Made by a program: the position numbers and the translations under genes
Assembly: GCA_965235115.1 (NCBI GenBank)
Contig: OZ249436.1
Location: forward strand, 5,706,001-5,770,000
Source: Laetmonice hystrix
Lineage: Eukaryota
Length of the DNA stretch: 64,000 nt
Reading direction: 5' to 3'
Shown: positions 1 to 12,801 of the stretch, one piece after another
Position numbering within the stretch: the stretch's first letter is position 1
Layout: each line of letters starts with the position of its first letter
Notes under the pieces: generated by a model
Told to the model about the DNA's origin: nothing
Seen by the model: only the letters and a program-made list of their open reading frames with translations
Databases searched by the model: none

Positions 1-337
1 TCAGGCTAAGGGACAACCTCATCTCTTCTATCTTCCCGCGGAGCTCGGCTTCACGAACGGCCCTTGGGGAGTAATATTTCATAACTGGTGCAACCCTGCC
101 ACAGGCCGGAGCGTTGGGGCACGGTCTCGACAGGCAATATTTACAACCACGCTCAACCTTGTGTTGATGATCAGTCACCTTCATAACCTTCAGAATGTCA
201 TACAATCTACTGATATTATAAGTCTAACGTAATCGTAGGAGCTTGCAACAGAGTTTCATCGTCCTGCAAATAGATATATTGGCCTACTTCTCGGACTGAC
301 GGCTCAACGACCACCTCCTCCCACAACTCGGCATATT

Positions 338-558
338 CAGGGCCGGATCCAGAGGCACCCCCCCCCCCCCTTAGAAATCTAGAAAAATTCTTTCTGAACA
401 TGCTAAAGCCAGATTTCCACCAGATTGTCCTAATGCACAGTGCACAGTGGATGGCAAAGGAGCAAAATATAAATGTAATATCATGGTAATAAAGTGTTTT
501 TTCACCTGTTAAGTTGCAGCACCTGTTAAGTTGAAAAAAAATCCTGGATCCGGCCCTG
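338..558. mobile_element. Non-autonomous DNA transposon (MITE), CAG..CTG termini, 5-bp TSD
   Basis: TIR CAGGGCCGGATCCAG / CTGGATCCGGCCCTG; perfect flanking duplication ATATT (333-337, 559-563). Confidence 0.85.
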
Positions 559-1264
559 ATATTGTTGGCTGAAATTTGGCTAAAAACGCCTCGATCAAGA
601 TAAAGATGTTATTCACAACTTTAGCTTATATTGAGAGGTTAACATTTTTAGTTCAGGATGGCAGTATCGCATTAACAGTTCCGTCAAAACGCCTAGTATT
701 GCTGCCTGCACTCAACATCTCTCCAGGGAGAATCAAGGCGTTGCTTGGGTGTGAAATTGGGATTATGAGGACTGAGGCGGGCCCGTCACGACCATTGTTG
801 GTTGATGACAAGTGACAGATGTAAACACCTACCACCGGCAGAACGCGACATCTGCAAACTGGACCAGCAGGAGCGTGTGACGTGAGCACAATGACCCGTG
901 GAACAAATCTTGAGGATATTGCCAGTCGTCCGACATGACCTCGCTGGTAGATCATCGACGCCCGTCCATCCAAAAAGGGAGCCCCTGGGCGTTCCACTCG
1001 GTCCGTGCAGGGATGACAAAAGACCCAATTGCCAGACCCCGGGCGTTACCATGACTGACGCCCATATCCTTGCCCAGTTGTTGAAGGTATTTTACAGCGG
1101 TCACACTGTCTTGGGCCCATGGCCACTGTTGTTGAGGGTATTTTATAACGGTCAAACTCAGGCTTTGTGAAGGACTACAAAAACCCGGCTCCTGTAAACG
1201 AGAGAGAGAGGCTATATGCGGGGCGAGGTTACCAGTGGCGACATGTTTCAGATCTATCCCCCTG

Positions 1265-2760
1265 AGGATACGTCTCTGTACTCTGGGAGACCGCCATTTC
1301 TATAGATCTAGTTAGATACACACGACTTAAACAGTAGGATACGTCTCTGTACTCTGGGAGACCGCCATTTCTATAGATACAGTTAGATACACACGACTTA
1401 AACAGAAGGATACGTCTCTGTACTCTGGGAGACCGCCATTTCTATAGATATATTTAGATACACACGTCTTAAACAGAAGGATACGTCTCTATACTCTGGG
1501 AGACCGCCATTTCTATAGATATAGTTAGATACACACGACTTAAACAGAAGGATACGTCTCTGTACTCTGGGAGACCGCCATTTCTATAGATATAGTTAGA
1601 TACACACGACTTAAACAGAAGGATACGTCTCTGTACTCTGGGAGACCGTCATTTCTATAGATATAGTTAGATGCACACGACTTAAACAGAAGGATACGTC
1701 TCTGTACTCTTGGAGACCGTCATTTCTATAGATATAGTTAGATACACACGTCTTAAACAGTAGGATACGTCTCTGTACTCTTGGAGACCGTCATTTCTAT
1801 AGATATAGTTAGATACACAAGTCTTAAACAGTAGGATACGTCTCTGTACTCTGGGAGACCGTCATTTCTATAGATATAGTTAGATACACACGTCTTAAAC
1901 AGTAGGATACGTCTCTGTACTCTTGGAGACCGCCATTTCTATAGATATAGTTAGATACACACGTCTTAAACAGTAGGATACGTCTCTGTACTCTGGGAGA
2001 CCGCCATTTCTATAGATATAGTTAGATACACACGTCTTAAACAGTAGGATACGTCTCTGTACTCTGGGAGACCGCCATTTCTATAGATATAGTTAGATAC
2101 ACACGACTTAAACAGAAGGATACGTCTCTGTACTCTGGGAGACCGCCATTTCTATAGATATAGTTAGATACACACGTCTTAAACAGTAGGATACGTCTCT
2201 GTACTCTTGGAGACCGTCATTTCTATAGATATAGTTAGATACACACGTCTTAAACAGAAGGATACGTCTCTGTACTCTTGGAGACCGCCATTTCTATAGA
2301 TATAGTTAGATGCACACGACTTAAACAGAAGGATACGTCTCTGTACTCTTGGAGACCGTCATTTCTATAGATATAGTTAGATACACACGTCTTAAACAGT
2401 AGGATACGTCTCTGTACTCTGGGAGACCGTCATTTCTATAGATATAGTTAGATACACAAGTCTTAAACAGAAGGATACGTCTCTGTACTCTTGGAGACCG
2501 TCATTTCTATAGATATAGTTAGATACACACGTCTTAAACAGAAGGATACGTCTCTGTACTCTTGGAGACCGTCATTTCTATAGATATAGTTAGATACACA
2601 CGTCTTAAACAGAAGGATACGTCTCTGTACTCTCGGAGACCGCCATTTCTATAGATATAGTTAGATACACACGTCTTAAACAGAAGGATACGTCTCTGTA
2701 CTCTTGGAGACCGTCATTTCTATAGATATAGTTAGATGCACACGACTTAAACAGAAGGAT
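1265..2760. repeat. 71-bp minisatellite, about 21 copies
   Basis: Unit AGGATACGTCTCTGTACTCT(G/T)GGAGACCG(C/T)CATTTCTATAGATATAGTTAGATACACACG(A/T)CTTAAACAG(A/T), head-to-tail with few variable sites. Confidence 0.97.
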
Positions 2761-5006
2761 AAATACGAAACATACCACAGATATAATATTCATCTTATAC
2801 CATCAATTCGATACACATATAATCGCCCGAATGAAGTAATGTGTTTCAAGAAATCCGATTTGATTTCACCTTCACTTAAACACTGCTGTTCGAAATGCGT
2901 TCTATCAGCGACAGAACATCCACGTTTGGGGCAATGAATGATAAACTAATACTTTCCAAACTAAATGGAAAGGTTGGTTATGTTATTCTTATGTAGAAAT
3001 TTCTATGTAATAACGATGTCATAACCTTAATGACGTCAGTTTGTCCACAGCGATTATAATCGTACTTGACGTTTTGATCACTTACATAACGCCGTGTGTC
3101 TGACGTCACGCCACGTTTTTAATGAAATCACGACAACCATGTAACCCTGCCACTCGTCTGGTATGGCCGATGATAGAGGAGGTTTTAATGGTTATCAGTT
3201 TTATGTTTGGGTCGTTGTTCAATTACCTAATAAAGATTGTAATCAGTATTCCCCAGCGGGTTCCTTGCCGGAGTCTCAATCACCAATCCTCTTATACTTC
3301 AAGTCTTTGCCTTCTGGACGACCCCACTCACGGCGTTCTCATCTCTCTTCCTTTATAATTCACGCAGGCTATCGGATATACATATGCATCAGATAAAAAT
3401 CCGAATGGATGGATGGATAAAAAAAATAATGCAGATCCCCGAAGTGCTATTCGTATGCCGTATTCTAATCTAATTAAACTGTCTCATCTATTGCCATCCT
3501 GTTAATTGATTTTGGCTTGGCTTTGAAATCAACCTATGTGTTGTCATAAAAAATAGTACCCTCACCTAGGACCATTTGTCGCCCCTGCGTGAAGATGACA
3601 GACGCACTTTTCAATGTATCAGCAGTGCCGGAATGCTTTACTGCAGAGAATTGCCAATTGTTAGGGGGAATCCGTCGGCAGCGTCAAACCGAAGGTCATC
3701 ACAATGGAGTTGGGGTCAGTCAGGGCAGCGCATCCATTCCATAAGATATGAAGGGGTTCCGTGATTCAGCCTCCGTTTTTTGTTCCCGGCAATCCGAGCT
3801 GGGACACTGGCAGAATATTATATAGGGAAGCGACCACCTAATGGAGACCTTGGGCGTTATGATGATCTCCCTGGCCAATAGAGGTCGCTGTGTTGAGCGG
3901 TCATGAACGGCGTGCCGAGCAGTTAAATGGGCATTGTATCTACTATAGACTGCCCGTGAGCTTCCAGTTGTCCCAAGAATTCCAGTGGAGCGGTTTCTGG
4001 ACTCCCTCAAGATATAAAAAGAAATTCGTCTCACGTATGGACACTGGAGACTGTAGCTTCTCAAGAAACGACCGAGAATTCGGCCTGTTTTACCCGCTTT
4101 CAGGGGAACCTCGAGGTAGACCGATTATTTACTCACACGCGGTTCAAGGGATGTATAAAAAACAGACTTTCGTAAAATCTATTTTCTTGGTTTTTTTCCA
4201 TATAAGGATGAAACACTGCACACTATTCACTTTTTCTATAGTGCGACCTTAAATGACTAGATCTGAGGCAACAGGCGGTTATTTCATGAAAGTCGTCGTG
4301 TCAATAACGTGCTTAGAAATAAGATTGCCAATCTCAAACTATAGCACAAGGGTCGGGGAGTCCGGACTTTTGGGGACAAATGTGCTCGTTTTGATCTCAG
4401 TTGGCCATGAGATATGACCACTTAAGTTGTCACTGCTCCCTGCCATTGAATTCTCATCTTCCACAACCATGAATCGGCTCCCAGATTCTTTATCTCGGAA
4501 ATATTCTGAGAACAAGATTAATATACACAAGACATAATGGGTGAGCTCCAGGATTTCCTGACGGCGTGTCGTCTTGCCGTGAGACAATGCACATAAATAT
4601 TCTAACTATATTCCATGTCAGGCAATAGATCACGAGCAGTACAAGCACTAATACGTCTTTTTCTCTCTCTCTCCCTCCTTCTTTTTAATACTGATGGGGG
4701 GAGCATTCCTCTTCGATTTTTTTATCAAGCTGAAAACCCGGAAGGCAATTTAGCATATAAATTTCAAGCCCAGAATGGGACAGTGCCAAGCTGGATCAGT
4801 ATAAGGCAGTTCATCCGGCTGTTATCTGAGATATTCTTGGCATCAAGGGAATAGATGTGGACCCGCGCATAAAACCGATGAATTTAAGAACTACTTTAAG
4901 GGAAAGGAAACAGGGTACACATCTGAGTAATGTAGTTATCCCTTCCAGGGGGCAGTGGTGCCAAGTATATCTTCCAAGAGGATGTCTTTTCAACTATTTC
5001 ACATGG

Positions 5007-5257
5007 CAGTGGCGGATCCAGGATTTCAAAAAAGGGGGGGGGGGCAACTTTTGTTGGCTAATCAGTGGCCCATTTTCGGGGGGTCTGGGGGCCCTTTCCC
5101 AGAATTGCTATGTTTTTTGAACATGTAGACTAGAAATTTCCCCCAAATCTTTCAACGAAATTCCATTATTTTTAAGCATGAAACATAGATAATAGGCAAG
5201 CGTTTGGAAAATAGGGGGGCCGGGCCGGGTCGCCCCCCCCCCTTGAATCCGCCACTG
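5007..5257. mobile_element. MITE with CAGTGGCGGA TIRs
   Basis: CAGTGGCGGATCCA ... TGAATCCGCCACTG; flanks CATGG/CATTG (5-bp TSD, one mismatch); poly-G/C tracts just inside the TIRs. Confidence 0.8.
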
Positions 5258-7183
5258 CATTGTACAAAGGCTGTTAGGAGTTCAGTGACTGATACACCAC
5301 CCGCGACCGTCGACTGAAGATAAAACGGGAATAATATATCTGTTGGACTAAAGTTTAAGTTTTTAATCTGTTTGTAATGAATGGTAATAGCGCATTGTTT
5401 AAAATGTTACCTTTTTTAATGGCACACGTATGTGTTATGGTAGAGTTTGCTAATACTGCTCAGTGGCCGCCGGTGTCAGACAGCGATATTATCTCTAAAG
5501 TGCAATATCGTGTTCACCATTAAGAAAAAAAGCCTGACGAACGTTAGAGGAAAGATCAAAGCGTAACGGTGCTTCCTTTGTCATAAACGGAAGTTTTTTA
5601 GAAAACAGTTTTCAAGTAATTATTGATCGCACGTGTGTTGTAGTGAGCTTCTGTGTGTGTGTGCGGTATGAAGTGACGGTAGCAGTCGTAAAGAATGATT
5701 AGGTTGCTTTTATCCTCGATGACAAACAATGCAAGAACGAGGGGAAAAAGTACATACAATCATGGAGCTGTTTTGTGGTATCTAAAGAACATTGGTTTTG
5801 AAATTTGCAATGGTTATCGCTTCACTGTGGTCAGTTTGTCCTGAGTTTGTAATAATACATAATCTGCTCTCTGAGTAGTAAAACACATTTTCCTCGCTCT
5901 TACTTCGAATAATTTAAAGGACCTTTCTCTTGTGGTTAACAACATGTAGGCCTAGGTGTCTCAGAAAATTAATGTTTGTACTTGGCCTATTTACTAGTGG
6001 AATTGGTATTTCGATATCCTCGGTTTAATTTGGACTTCGGTTTTCTGGCCGCTAGGAGCAGGTCGTCCATCAAAACGTGACGTCAAGAGCAGATATGACG
6101 ATGGGGGTATGTATAAGAGAATTACGGACAGAAGAACTCGTTCGAATGCCGAACCGAAATCTTCCTTTTTTTCATGGACAGATGGTATTTTGGATGCAAT
6201 TATATTTTGGTGTTGTATTGCTATTGTAGGCGTTGGTGTTTTCATGTCTCGGTGCTGATATCCACCCAATGAAGTTGTGAGCACTTCAAAATGTCAGCCA
6301 GTTGCTTCATAGGAATTACCCGATTACTAAGGCATCTTTTGTGTTATCCTTTCAAAGAGGGGCGTCAAAGTCAAGATACACCCTCTCTCTATGTCATTGA
6401 CGATGGTAGATTTAGTGCAAGCCCAGAAGTTGTAGTACAATAATGGCACAGCTATTGAAAGCAGAATTACCCTTGGTCCTGAATACCGGAGGTTCATCCA
6501 TATTGAACCCATCTATTCGTTCCATCCTTTATTTCTGCCACATTTGTTGTTCGTCTGCCTATTGTCGTCTGCCATACTCGCGCCTTTTTTAGCTATCGCT
6601 TACGCATGCGCAGTACAGTGCTCCTTCAAGCCGTATTATAACGGGAAATGATCCACCCTTGCCAACAAGGCTGAATGTTATAGATAGTCGTTTATAGATA
6701 GTTGTTTCCTTATGCGTAGTTATTTCCTCATTACCAAAAGCAAAGTCTGCTTCGGGTCTGGGTCGTCGACTGTATTAGCTCAATTTTAGTCTGGGAAAGG
6801 TTATTGTTGACGATGCTTGCCAAACGCTCGTGAAAAGTTAAGCGCCTTTTAATAATTTAGTTCCTATTACCATTGGCTCATTTGTTTGTATTTCTTTTCC
6901 TGACATATTTACACCGTAATCAATCATCTAGAGGTCCCATATACCTTTCAAAATGGCTCCTGCAGGCAAATTTAATTTCTTTTCTTTATTTATAATTGTG
7001 AAATGTCACAGAAAAAGAACGCGATGTTGTTTATGACTGCAGGGGGAGTGAACCCGCTCATGGTGGAGAGCTTAATGACGTGGATCTATAAATACTGGCA
7101 GCAATATCTTGATCTCATTGGGATTGGGACCTATAGACTGAGTATTCTCGATACATTGAATGCATGATTGGGTTGCCTTGCAG

Positions 7184-9238
7184 GTGACGGTGATTTGAGT
7201 AAGGTAGAGTTGGACATGGTGGTGGAGGATTACGGGGATTCTCACCAACTTCGCTGTCACCACTGTTACCGTAGCGTGGACGGTGAGGCGTGTGTCAACC
7301 TTGAGTTCAGCAAGGTCGAGGTACAAGACTGCATGGTGGATGAGCCCTTCTGTCTGGTAAGACCACTGTCGGCTGTCATAATCCCATCACAAAATCGGGC
7401 GATTATTACACAATGGAATTTAACAGAGACTGATTTCTGTGTGGAGATTTAGTCGGAATGTTCTTCCCATGCTCACCAGCCGTAAGCCTCTGATGGAGTA
7501 GTTAATTTGATTGGTTAATTTCTACCGGAAACAGGCCCTGACACGTGATTGATTTTTTTCTCTCCATACACGGAGGTCCAAAAAGCGCTTTCCTCGTTTT
7601 ACATCCTGATATAAATGCTATATCTATTTTTCGAACCTTGTAGTAAATTTGAGTTTTCCCATCTGCTTATATTTTTGGCATCCTGCAGAAATTCCATGTT
7701 ATCTGCAAAGGTTACATGCAGGATCAATACAAGTGGGAGTACACTCCTCTGCTTTTTGGAATGTACATCATGTATAAATGTATACGAAATATAAAATACA
7801 TTACGTAATAGGATCCAAAAACAAAAAAGTTCTCTGAGATCCTTTCTTCCATCAATTTCGTATTCCATTCTCTATGCAATGTGTAAGCACTCAATCACAG
7901 GTTCTTTAATCAGTATCAAAACGAGGCCCGATAAGCTCCAATTTACCGCAGTTGTTATTTTATTACGCTTGGGACAGTTCAGGTGGCGACAGAAAATTAT
8001 CCCTCTCAAAATACCAATGAAGGCCTCGTCCTTCAGGGCAGCGGTCTCCGACGTGCTGCCAATTGAGTTTTCATTTACACGAACTTGATGTGATGGATCA
8101 TAGTTGGTATCAACGCCTTCAGCCCTCGTGTGTCCGGGCAGGCTCAATTCTGGCCGAATGTGTGGGCTGCTTAGGATATTAGCTTACGCAAGGCGTCAGG
8201 GAATTGGCAGGGCGAGGCCAAAGTGAATTTACCTTTGGCCCAATACGTTCTGAAAGGTATTGGACACAAATCCATACCGGAAGTGGTTCGAGCGAACTGG
8301 TGTGTCCAGAATATGAGGGCTGTAGTACGTTATTACCACCACCCGGCACTAACTGACTTACATCTCGTAAAATGTCATTTAGGTAATATCAATGACGAAG
8401 ACACGAACCTGTGCCAACAGCATACGTCACTAGCTGATGTAACACGATGCCATTATTTGTATTTCCAGGAAGAGCCCTATTTTGTAACAGGGTTTAGAAT
8501 CTTACAGTACCCACCATGTGGCTGATGAAAGTGGTCGTAAGGGCCGAAACTCCCCTATTCCTAAGTAATGTACCCTGCTGTGGGATAGAGTGGCCACAAG
8601 GACGAAGAGAACGCAGGTTCTGGATGCTCACAATCACAGTATCGGCGCTTACTGCCTTTTAATGAAGACACTGATGTATCAACTAATCCATATTTTGATA
8701 TGCATCCCCCATCTAAAGCACTGTTCTTCTTATTCCCAGTAATACGTATCGTATCCCTATGACCTTCTGATGGGGAAAGTCTCTCCTTTAAAAAAACTGA
8801 TTAAGTTCAGGATTATAGGCGTGACCTTTGTAAGTTTGTGGTTGTTAAATTCCTTATCAGGTACACTGCTTCTGTGACAACTTCCACTTATCTCTCAGTA
8901 ATGTGGTATTTCATGATGGTTGTTTTTAATATTCGCGCCTCTTTATTTGCAAACTACACTTCAAAATGGTTAATCATATCTTTCATTTTCCACAGGTGGA
9001 ACGTCTGATGACAAACAATGAGTTGACAACCTTTACACGCAGATGTTCGCGGGAATGTAAACAAGGATGTCAGTCAGTCGGAAACAACTATAAACTCGAA
9101 TACTGTTACAGTTGCTGCCAGACAGATTTCTGTAACGAAGACAATGGTGCAGCTAACTACGTTACTGTTCGGCTTCCAGCAGTGCTATTACTTACAGCGG
9201 CAGGCTATGCCATGTCCGCTTTCATTTCACTGGGATAA
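7184..9238 (+). CDS. GPI-anchored Ly6/uPAR three-finger protein (12-Cys LYPD6/quiver-like); signal-peptide exon not located
   Basis: Exon 7184-7356 (ttgcag| ... |gtaaga) encodes ..LRCHHCYRSVDGEACVNLEFSKVEVQDCMVDEPFCL. It joins in phase 0 to exon 8996-9238 (ccacag|) encoding VERLMTNNELTTFTRRCSRECKQGCQSVGNNYKLEYCYSCCQTDFCNEDNGA plus a hydrophobic tail and TAA. LxCxxC start, CCxxxxCN end and GPI-type tail are all present. Confidence 0.88.
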
Positions 9239-9277
9239 TTCTTGGACGTGAGGAAAGAGTCGGATATGGCAACAAGA

Positions 9278-9533
9278 CAGGGCCGGGGGGTGGGGTACAC
9301 GTGGGCTGGGGGAAGCCATGCCAGGGGGGTCCGGGGGCATGCCGGGAAATCTTGAAATTTAAGGTGTAAATTGGTGGCATTGGTGTATCTTACAAAGAGT
9401 ATAAATTAAGGTTTGAAATGACATAACATGTCAAAAGTGATCATTTTTAAGCCCAATATGCCTACTTGATTTTGGAGGGGGGGGGGGGGTTACAGACACT
9501 CCGGACCCCCCCCCCCCCTTGCGCACGGCCCTG
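9278..9533. mobile_element. Degenerate CAGGGCCG..CGGCCCTG MITE just 3' of the + strand Ly6 stop codon
   Basis: Short TIRs CAGGGCCG / CGGCCCTG; internal GGGGGTCCGGGGGCATG motif related to other MITEs in the window; no clean TSD. Confidence 0.6.
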
Positions 9534-9703
9534 ATAATATGTGTAGGCCTATGTGTCTCAACTTACTTTGCGATGGAAGACAGCTCCGTTTTATCCAAAG
9601 AGTAGAAGTATAGCGTCGAGCGACATGGATAGCAAACATCGTCCACATAAACAAAAACAGAGCTACACACGCAATTGGTCATAAACGGAAACTGAATATA
9701 TCT

Positions 9704-9931
9704 TAATCCCCCACTTACCTGCCCTATTTCCGAAGTCGCCGAAAATTGTCTAAGTCCGAAAAGGTACTACATTGGTCGGGGTACTACATTGGTCGGGGGT
9801 AACAACCGATAACAGAACAGCCCTATCAAAACCAGGTCATGTATCTGTCACATTTTGAAAAGGACATGCTGAGCTGTTTGAAATTTGAAATTTTATGCGC
9901 TAGGGAATAGGACAGGTAAGTGAGGGGATTA
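9704..9931. mobile_element. MITE with about 27-bp TIRs
   Basis: TAATCCCCCACTTACCTGCCCTATTTCC at left versus GGAATAGGACAGGTAAGTGAGGGGATTA at right (near-perfect inverted match). Confidence 0.7.
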
Positions 9932-10795
9932 TGGGGCCGACAGTAAAAGGCTACGGGAGGGGGTTAATTGGGCATACGTTGGGGGTATCACTATGGATTA
10001 TAATCACGTGGTATTAATGAAAGCACTCCCAAAGAAGGTAGTAGCCTAAACCTCGAATCTTCACAGTTTGTTTTGCTTGTCTCTATTGTGGCTATTCGTT
10101 CCAAGTCCTGTCTCATCCTAGGTGCTAGCATACATTACCTGCATATGAGGCGTCCTAGACTTTTCTACATGTCTGCGATATATAATATCAATAATACATG
10201 ACAAGAGTATACATGTACATCCCGTATCATGATTTTATGTGTGTATATTCTACAAAGGAATGATGTATTATCTATTATACATAACACAATAGTATACGTT
10301 TGGTTGATTCTCTATACATTATAGTATTCATACAGAACTCAAAGTAACACATACATTTCACCTGTACCGCTGTAGATATAAGTGTATACGCGGATATGTT
10401 TCTTCGGTGCCTATGTAGTGTCTCTTCTCAGAGAATTAAATATATACAAAATGTAAGTCGTATGTTTGATATTTCACTGCAATATCCCTTTCGCATCCAA
10501 GTCAGCAAACAATGTACCATACGCATACGTTGGGGGTATCACTCGCCAAGATTTCTGTTAGCAAACCGTTGTCGGTCTGAGCGTAGGCGGACAAAAACAT
10601 CCAAATAACCTCCCACTCGTCACGGAATTAACTTGAATGTCATCATGTTATTATCAGCAGGTAAAAAGATTGTTACACGCAACCTTTCGTTGATTATTTG
10701 AAAACAATATTCCGGAACACAGAATGACACGGACAGACGTGTAGGATATGATTTTTATATTGGAGAGGGGGGGCTACATGGTTTGTACTCTTTTG

Positions 10796-11246
10796 CTCTT
10801 GTCGTCACATAAAGTAGCTATATACTCTTGTCGTCGCGTACACATAAAGTAGCTATACTCTTGTCGTCGCGTACACATAAAGTAGCTATATACTCTTGTC
10901 CCGTACACATAAAGTAGCTATACTCTTGTCGTCGCGTACACATAAAGTAGCTATACTATTGTCGCGTACACATAAAGTAGCTATATACTCTTGTCGTCGC
11001 GTACACATAAAGTAGCTATAAACTCTTGTCGTCGCGCACACATAAAGTAGCTATATACTCTTGTCGTCGCGTACACATAAAGTAGCTATAAACTCTTGTC
11101 GTCGCGCACACATAAAGTAGCTATATACTCTTGTCCCGTACATATAAAGTAGCTATACTCTTGTCGCGTACACATACAGTAGCTATAAACTCTTGTCGCG
11201 TACACATAAAGTAGCTATAAACTCTTGTCGCCCACTCACACATAAA
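10796..11246. repeat. About 30-37-bp minisatellite
   Basis: Repeating CTCTTGTC(GTC)GCGTACACATAAAGTAGCTATA(TA), about 13 variable copies. Confidence 0.93.
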
Positions 11247-11442
11247 TGAGAACATCTTCACGGTAATCATGATTTTCTCCCCTCAAACTTTATTTGTAAA
11301 GAGGCTTACCCGAGATTCTCTTTGTCAGAAATAACTTACATAAAACATATCACAGGTGTTCCCGAAACGAGTTGCGAGTGGTTGGTCCCAAAATATGTGA
11401 TAAGGATCACTGTATCTGAGTGCTTATATATCATACGAGCTC

Positions 11443-11599
11443 CTCGCTATACTAGCAACAACTCCCTCTCACAAGTAGCGGCTCGCTATACTAGCCACAA
11501 CTCCCTCTCACAAGTAAAGGCTCGCTATACTAGCCACAACTCCCTCTCACAAGTAAAGGCTCGCTATACTAGCCACAACTCCCTCTCACAAGTAAAGGC
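11443..11599. repeat. 39-bp tandem repeat, 4 copies
   Basis: CTCGCTATACTAGCCACAACTCCCTCTCACAAGTAAAGG x4. Confidence 0.93.
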
Positions 11600-12001
11600 A
11601 AGTGTCCCGTTACTGTCACAACGGCTCGTGTTTACAGGAATGACTCTCACACAAATAACTACATACCGTTATTTCTTTAGCTCTGAGATGACAGTTTCCA
11701 TGGAGATCTTGACATTTTATTATGTTTGTCCCATACACAGATTTAATGCATGGAAACAACACAGAGCATGAAGAAACCAGGTCAGGTGGGAGATTTGATT
11801 TTCTTGCCACAAAGCAGTAGGTATTTTTAAACGCCTGTGAGCTGGGGGACAACCAGGCCATCGCTCTTTTGCTCCTCCAAATCAGCCACCTATTTAATGA
11901 ATTTTTATATGTAGACTATGCACTTGTTTGAGCGTGCTTTGTGTATCGCGGAGTGAAGCCCTATCCTAGCCTTGGTCTCTCAATATACATGCTATTTGTT
12001 G

Positions 12002-12241
12002 TCAGTCTCTCAGAGACAGTACTGTCGCCACAAGAAGCATCTTCACGTACACCGGAAGAGACAATGTGTGTGTCGCAGCGTTGTCCGTGTTGCATGCTGG
12101 GGTCGAGCAGCAGGAAGTACAGCGCATGTGCGTCACACCAAAGTAGTTGAACTTGCAGCCATACCGACATTTGCCCTTCACCGCACAACCACGTTCAATA
12201 CTGAGCGTCGTCCCGAAACCGTAATAGTCCGTACGTTCAGT
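12002..12241 (-). CDS. Second (distal) alternative terminal exon of the minus-strand Ly6 gene
   Basis: Acceptor ctgttttcag| in phase 0. Translates TERTDYYGFGTTLSIERGCAVKGKCRYGCKFNYFGVTHMRCTSCCSTPACNTDNAATHTLSLPVYVKMLLVATVLSLRD*, with 7 conserved Cys, CCxxxxCN and a GPI-like tail. Not in the ORF track. Confidence 0.82.
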   Translation of the reverse strand, partial: TERTDYYGFGTTLSIERGCAVKGKCRYGCKFNYFGVTHMRCTSCCSTPACNTDNAATHTLSLPVYVKMLLVATVLSLRD

Positions 12242-12801
12242 CTGAAAACAGTCAATACACTGAGTACATCGAGACTGTCAGCGACTTAGTGTAGAAAAGG
12301 CTATTAATAAATCGTCTTACTTACCTTTGCTTGGCGTAGATTTATACCTGCCAGACTGACTTGATGCAATATTTGATTGCCTTCCAGAGATAGTGACTTG
12401 GTCGACTTTTGCGGTGAAAGTTCAAATTTCTATTAACTTTATTTTGGCGATTTCAACTAGATTAATAATGGTTCTTTTTCCTTGGGGCTGATACACCAAT
12501 ACAAGAAAGCGAAGGTCATCTAATATTCTTCGTCAGCCGAGATTCACAACATTTTGAGATCGGAAAGGTTTCTATAGATATAGCGGCACACGATTACGGA
12601 TCTTCCTCCTAGCGATTTAATTGGTACTACATGTCCATACCGGCTGGTACCCCACCCCCACTTCCGGTCACGTGCTAAAGGTTCACATAAAATGACGTGC
12701 AGGCACAAAACGGTCCGATTTCCATCAAAATGTGGTCTTAAATTGTATATACTCAAAGAGAAACAAAAGTAGAAAATACCCATGAAATCAAAATTCTATG
12801 T

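Noticed and set aside
1..222. Minus-strand open frame running off the window edge (..RLYDILKVMKV..CKYCLSRPCPNAPAC..)
   Set aside because: No recognisable homology or convincing splice acceptor; cannot be supported from this window.
1265..2760. CRISPR-like array (units contain a GTCTC..GAGAC mini-hairpin)
   Set aside because: No unique spacers, eukaryotic context, no cas genes; plain tandem repeat. The same applies to the other arrays.
6056..6258. Candidate first (signal) exon for the + strand Ly6 gene (..DAIIFWCCIAIVGVG..)
   Set aside because: Hydrophobic stretch is suggestive, but there is no strong phase-1 GT donor; left uncalled.
12324..12430. Strong minus-strand donor (AAAG|GTAAGT) between the two Ly6 terminal exons, as a possible separate first exon
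   Set aside because: The upstream frame has no Cys and is closed by a stop; it cannot supply the first half of a three-finger domain, though it could act as a cryptic UTR donor.
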